NCBI GenBank assembly: GCA_023920165.1
Contig: CP089278.1
Location: forward strand, 682,001 to 746,000
DNA length: 64,000 nt
Source: Curvularia clavata
Taxonomy: Eukaryota
Direction: 5' to 3'
Under the pieces are notes generated by a model. It was not told where the DNA came from, did no database searches, and was given only the letters and a program-made list of their open reading frames with translations. Positions 61,338 through 64,000 of this stretch are shown in pieces (position 1 is the stretch's first letter; each line of letters opens with the position of its first letter). The translations under genes and the position numbers were made by a program.

Positions 61338-62013
61338 ATGTGGTTGTCTGTTGTCGTTGATGTCTTTGTTTCTTCTCACGATACCGCATTGGGTGGCGTT
61401 TGTGACATAGCCGGCCGATTTGGTCTAGAAAATGGATCTCTTTAGATTCTGCATGGAAGCTGCTGTTTCTTCTTGAATTGTCCACTCAGACGTGCATGGA
61501 ACAACTGCTGGTGTTGTGAACGTGGCAGGCCACAAGCCTCTACAACGGGCGGCACATGTCCGACGCAACTGACTGACTCAACCTATCCCAGGTACCCATG
61601 TCATAGCACATGTTATTTTTGTACTTGATTGCTTGAGACGTCTCGTCATATATGCCTGGAGTGTCTTCTGCACAGAGTGCTTCCAGCACGCAGGCAACCA
61701 ATATATTAGGCACCCCCTACCCTGAGCCACTAGGGGATAGTGCTCAGGACTGGCGCGGGGTCTTCGCCTCTCGGGTCTCGGGTCGCGCATCCAAACATTG
61801 CCCGTCTCCTCAGATCCCCACAAATCGCTTCTCAGAGTTCCGGAAACACTGAATTCTCTCTGACACTATCCGTCGAAGCCTGTTTGGTTCTGGGCTAGTC
61901 GGCCGCCTTCTCCGCTGCCTTAGTTTTACCCCACGCGACCAGGTCCGATTCCCAAGCGAAGGCTCAAAGGACCTCGACGCGAAGTCTCATCAGCATGCAC
62001 AACATCATCCGTG

Positions 62014-64000
62014 ATGCCAACACCCTCTACAGGCCCTCCTAAGCCTCGAAAACCCCGCCCGTCGCGAGCGCGAGTAAGTCTATGCCTAACAAGGCTATGT
62101 AGCTGAATCCACTGACGGGTCATTCTCCGCTGTTAATAGGGTCTGCGCACAACCACCGGATGGTAAGTTCGTTAAGGCATCACTGAAACACGTCGCAAGA
62201 CCTGCTGGGCCACGACGCGGCGTGGCCTTTGTAGACTCCAGCTAACGTATCCAGTCTCACTTGTAGACGGAGAAGAGTAAAATGTGACGAACTCAGGCCT
62301 CGATGTGCAACATGCACAAAGTCAGACCGAGAATGCTTGTACTCATCCTCAAAAGATGCAGTGGCGGACACACCAAGTAACGCCTCGGGCTCTGTACAAT
62401 CAACATCGCCTGCGCACGAAGATGCTTCTTCGTCTGCTGCTTTTTCACCGGGCTCTGCAGCCTCCTCTCGGAGACCTATTCCCCGTGAAATCGACCCTCA
62501 GGTCTGGCAGGCCTCGCCTGAGCTCTTATTTGAATCCCCGTCAACTGTTATCAATTCTCTGCCATCGCCCAACTCGGCACCACTAGCGTACTACGACTTG
62601 CTTGCCGAAGATGCCATGAACAATATTGACAAGCACAACCTCAATCTGGACCTGGAAAGAACCACGTTTTCACGCCCTTCAAGCCCGGAGATAGCAAGCC
62701 CGGGGATAGGAACACCGAACCCCGATTCTCAGCTTGGCCGACAAGACCGATCGGCCGAAGATGCTCAGATGCAAGAACAATGGAACTCTACTGACATCTT
62801 ACCGATAACAGAAGATGAGCTTGTTCTATTCAAACACTATGTGAGCGTCATTGGACCCATTCTGGACCTGAGTGATCCGTCCAAGCAATTCACGACAGTA
62901 GTGCCTGCTCTTGCTGTTCACAATGTGGGCCTGCTAAAATCCCTGCTCGCAGTGGCTGCGCGTCACATGGCGCTCTTGAGCGAACCGCAGCTCCACCAAC
63001 TCAACCTCCAGGATCCTGTACCCACATCTGATACCACCAGCGCCAATCATTTACGAAACCCGCTCCTCCGAGCTGCGACACAATACTACTATGAAACTCT
63101 GCATTACCTCTCTAAAAATCTCTTCTACTCGTCGTACTCGAGGTCGAGGGAGATCATCTCAACATCCATCCTCATTAGCACATATGAGATGTGGGATTCC
63201 GAGGGCCAGTACAGCAACGGAGCATGGGAGAGGCATCTTCGCGGTATATTCTGGATTCAAAGAAGCCAGAATAACAACGGAGAATGTAAGGACCCACTGC
63301 GAAGAGCTGCATGGTGGCAATGGCTGCGTCAAGACTCGTGGGTTGCTTTTCGCGAAGGGCGACGCGTCCTGACAATATGGAGACCGACCAAACGTTTGAT
63401 GGATCTGACGCCTGATGGACTGGCTCTGCGTATTGTGTACATTTGCGGACGATGTATAGACTTTGCTGCAACTGAGAAAAAGTATGATATAGCCACGCGC
63501 ATTGAGCAAGCTGGAAAGCTACTGCAAGCCCTTGAAGACTGGCGCAAGGCGCTTCCGTCTTCATTCCAGCCTCTGTATCAAGGGCCCCAATTGATGCAAG
63601 GTGAGGCATTCCGGCCAATCTGGATCCACCCGCCTTCGTTTGCAGCTGCTATCCAAAACTTTCACATTGGAAGGATCTTGGTGCTGATCAACCAACCATC
63701 GATTGGAGGTATTGATGAGTTTCGAGTTCGACAGCGGGCATTGGATGAGAGTGTGGAGATCATCTGCGGTATTGCCCTGTCGCATCAATCAAAGGAGCTG
63801 CCGAGCGCCATGATCAACTTTCAGGCTATATACACTGGTAAGCCTTGGAATTTCACGTGTCGTGAAACTATGCTTACAACCATTTAGCTGGGCTATGCGT
63901 ACAAGATCCTGTCAAACAGGCAGCCATCCTACATCTTTTGGAACAGACTCTTGACATCACTAGATTCCCACCTAAGTCATTACTCGCAGACCTTGCCAGC
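62014..64000 (+). CDS. Zn(II)2Cys6 transcription factor with fungal-specific TF domain (runs off the right edge)
   Basis: Exons 62014-62073, 62140-62162, 62255-63837, 63889-64000+. The binuclear cluster [31 protein letters not shown] forms across the introns; C-domain ILISTYE, WERHLRG, WQWLRQD. Confidence 0.92.

Overview
Intron-containing eukaryotic DNA from a filamentous ascomycete. Short ~45-100 nt GT-AG introns with CTRAC/CTRAY branch points and the gene families present suggest Pezizomycotina, probably Dothideomycetes/Pleosporales (inference). About 25 intact protein-coding genes were reconstructed by hand-splicing. They include a DUF3425-type bZIP-like regulator, three MFS transporters, MTAP (MEU1), a secreted amidase, MsrB, a MYND-finger protein, a Pth11-like membrane protein, a GH92 mannosidase, a CE1-type esterase, a BAS2-like effector, a CHRD protein, an amino-acid permease, BUD22, a WW/prion-like protein, an SDR and a Zn2Cys6 transcription factor. 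An accessory-looking tract (~14.5-40 kb) holds decayed genes, including a clear tannase/feruloyl-esterase pseudogene, and several orphan genes. The best candidates for something new are: (i) a divergently arranged transporter + SDR + Zn2Cys6 module at the right edge that looks like an uncharacterised sugar-acid/polyol catabolic cluster; (ii) a possibly triple-targeted MsrB with a mitochondrial presequence, internal ATGs and a TGA-C readthrough extension ending in PTS1-like GKL; (iii) a secreted mucin-stalk protein with an uncharacterised RWGWY/GAG domain. I found no tRNA, rRNA, CRISPR array or intact transposon. All family assignments come from motif recognition, not database searches.
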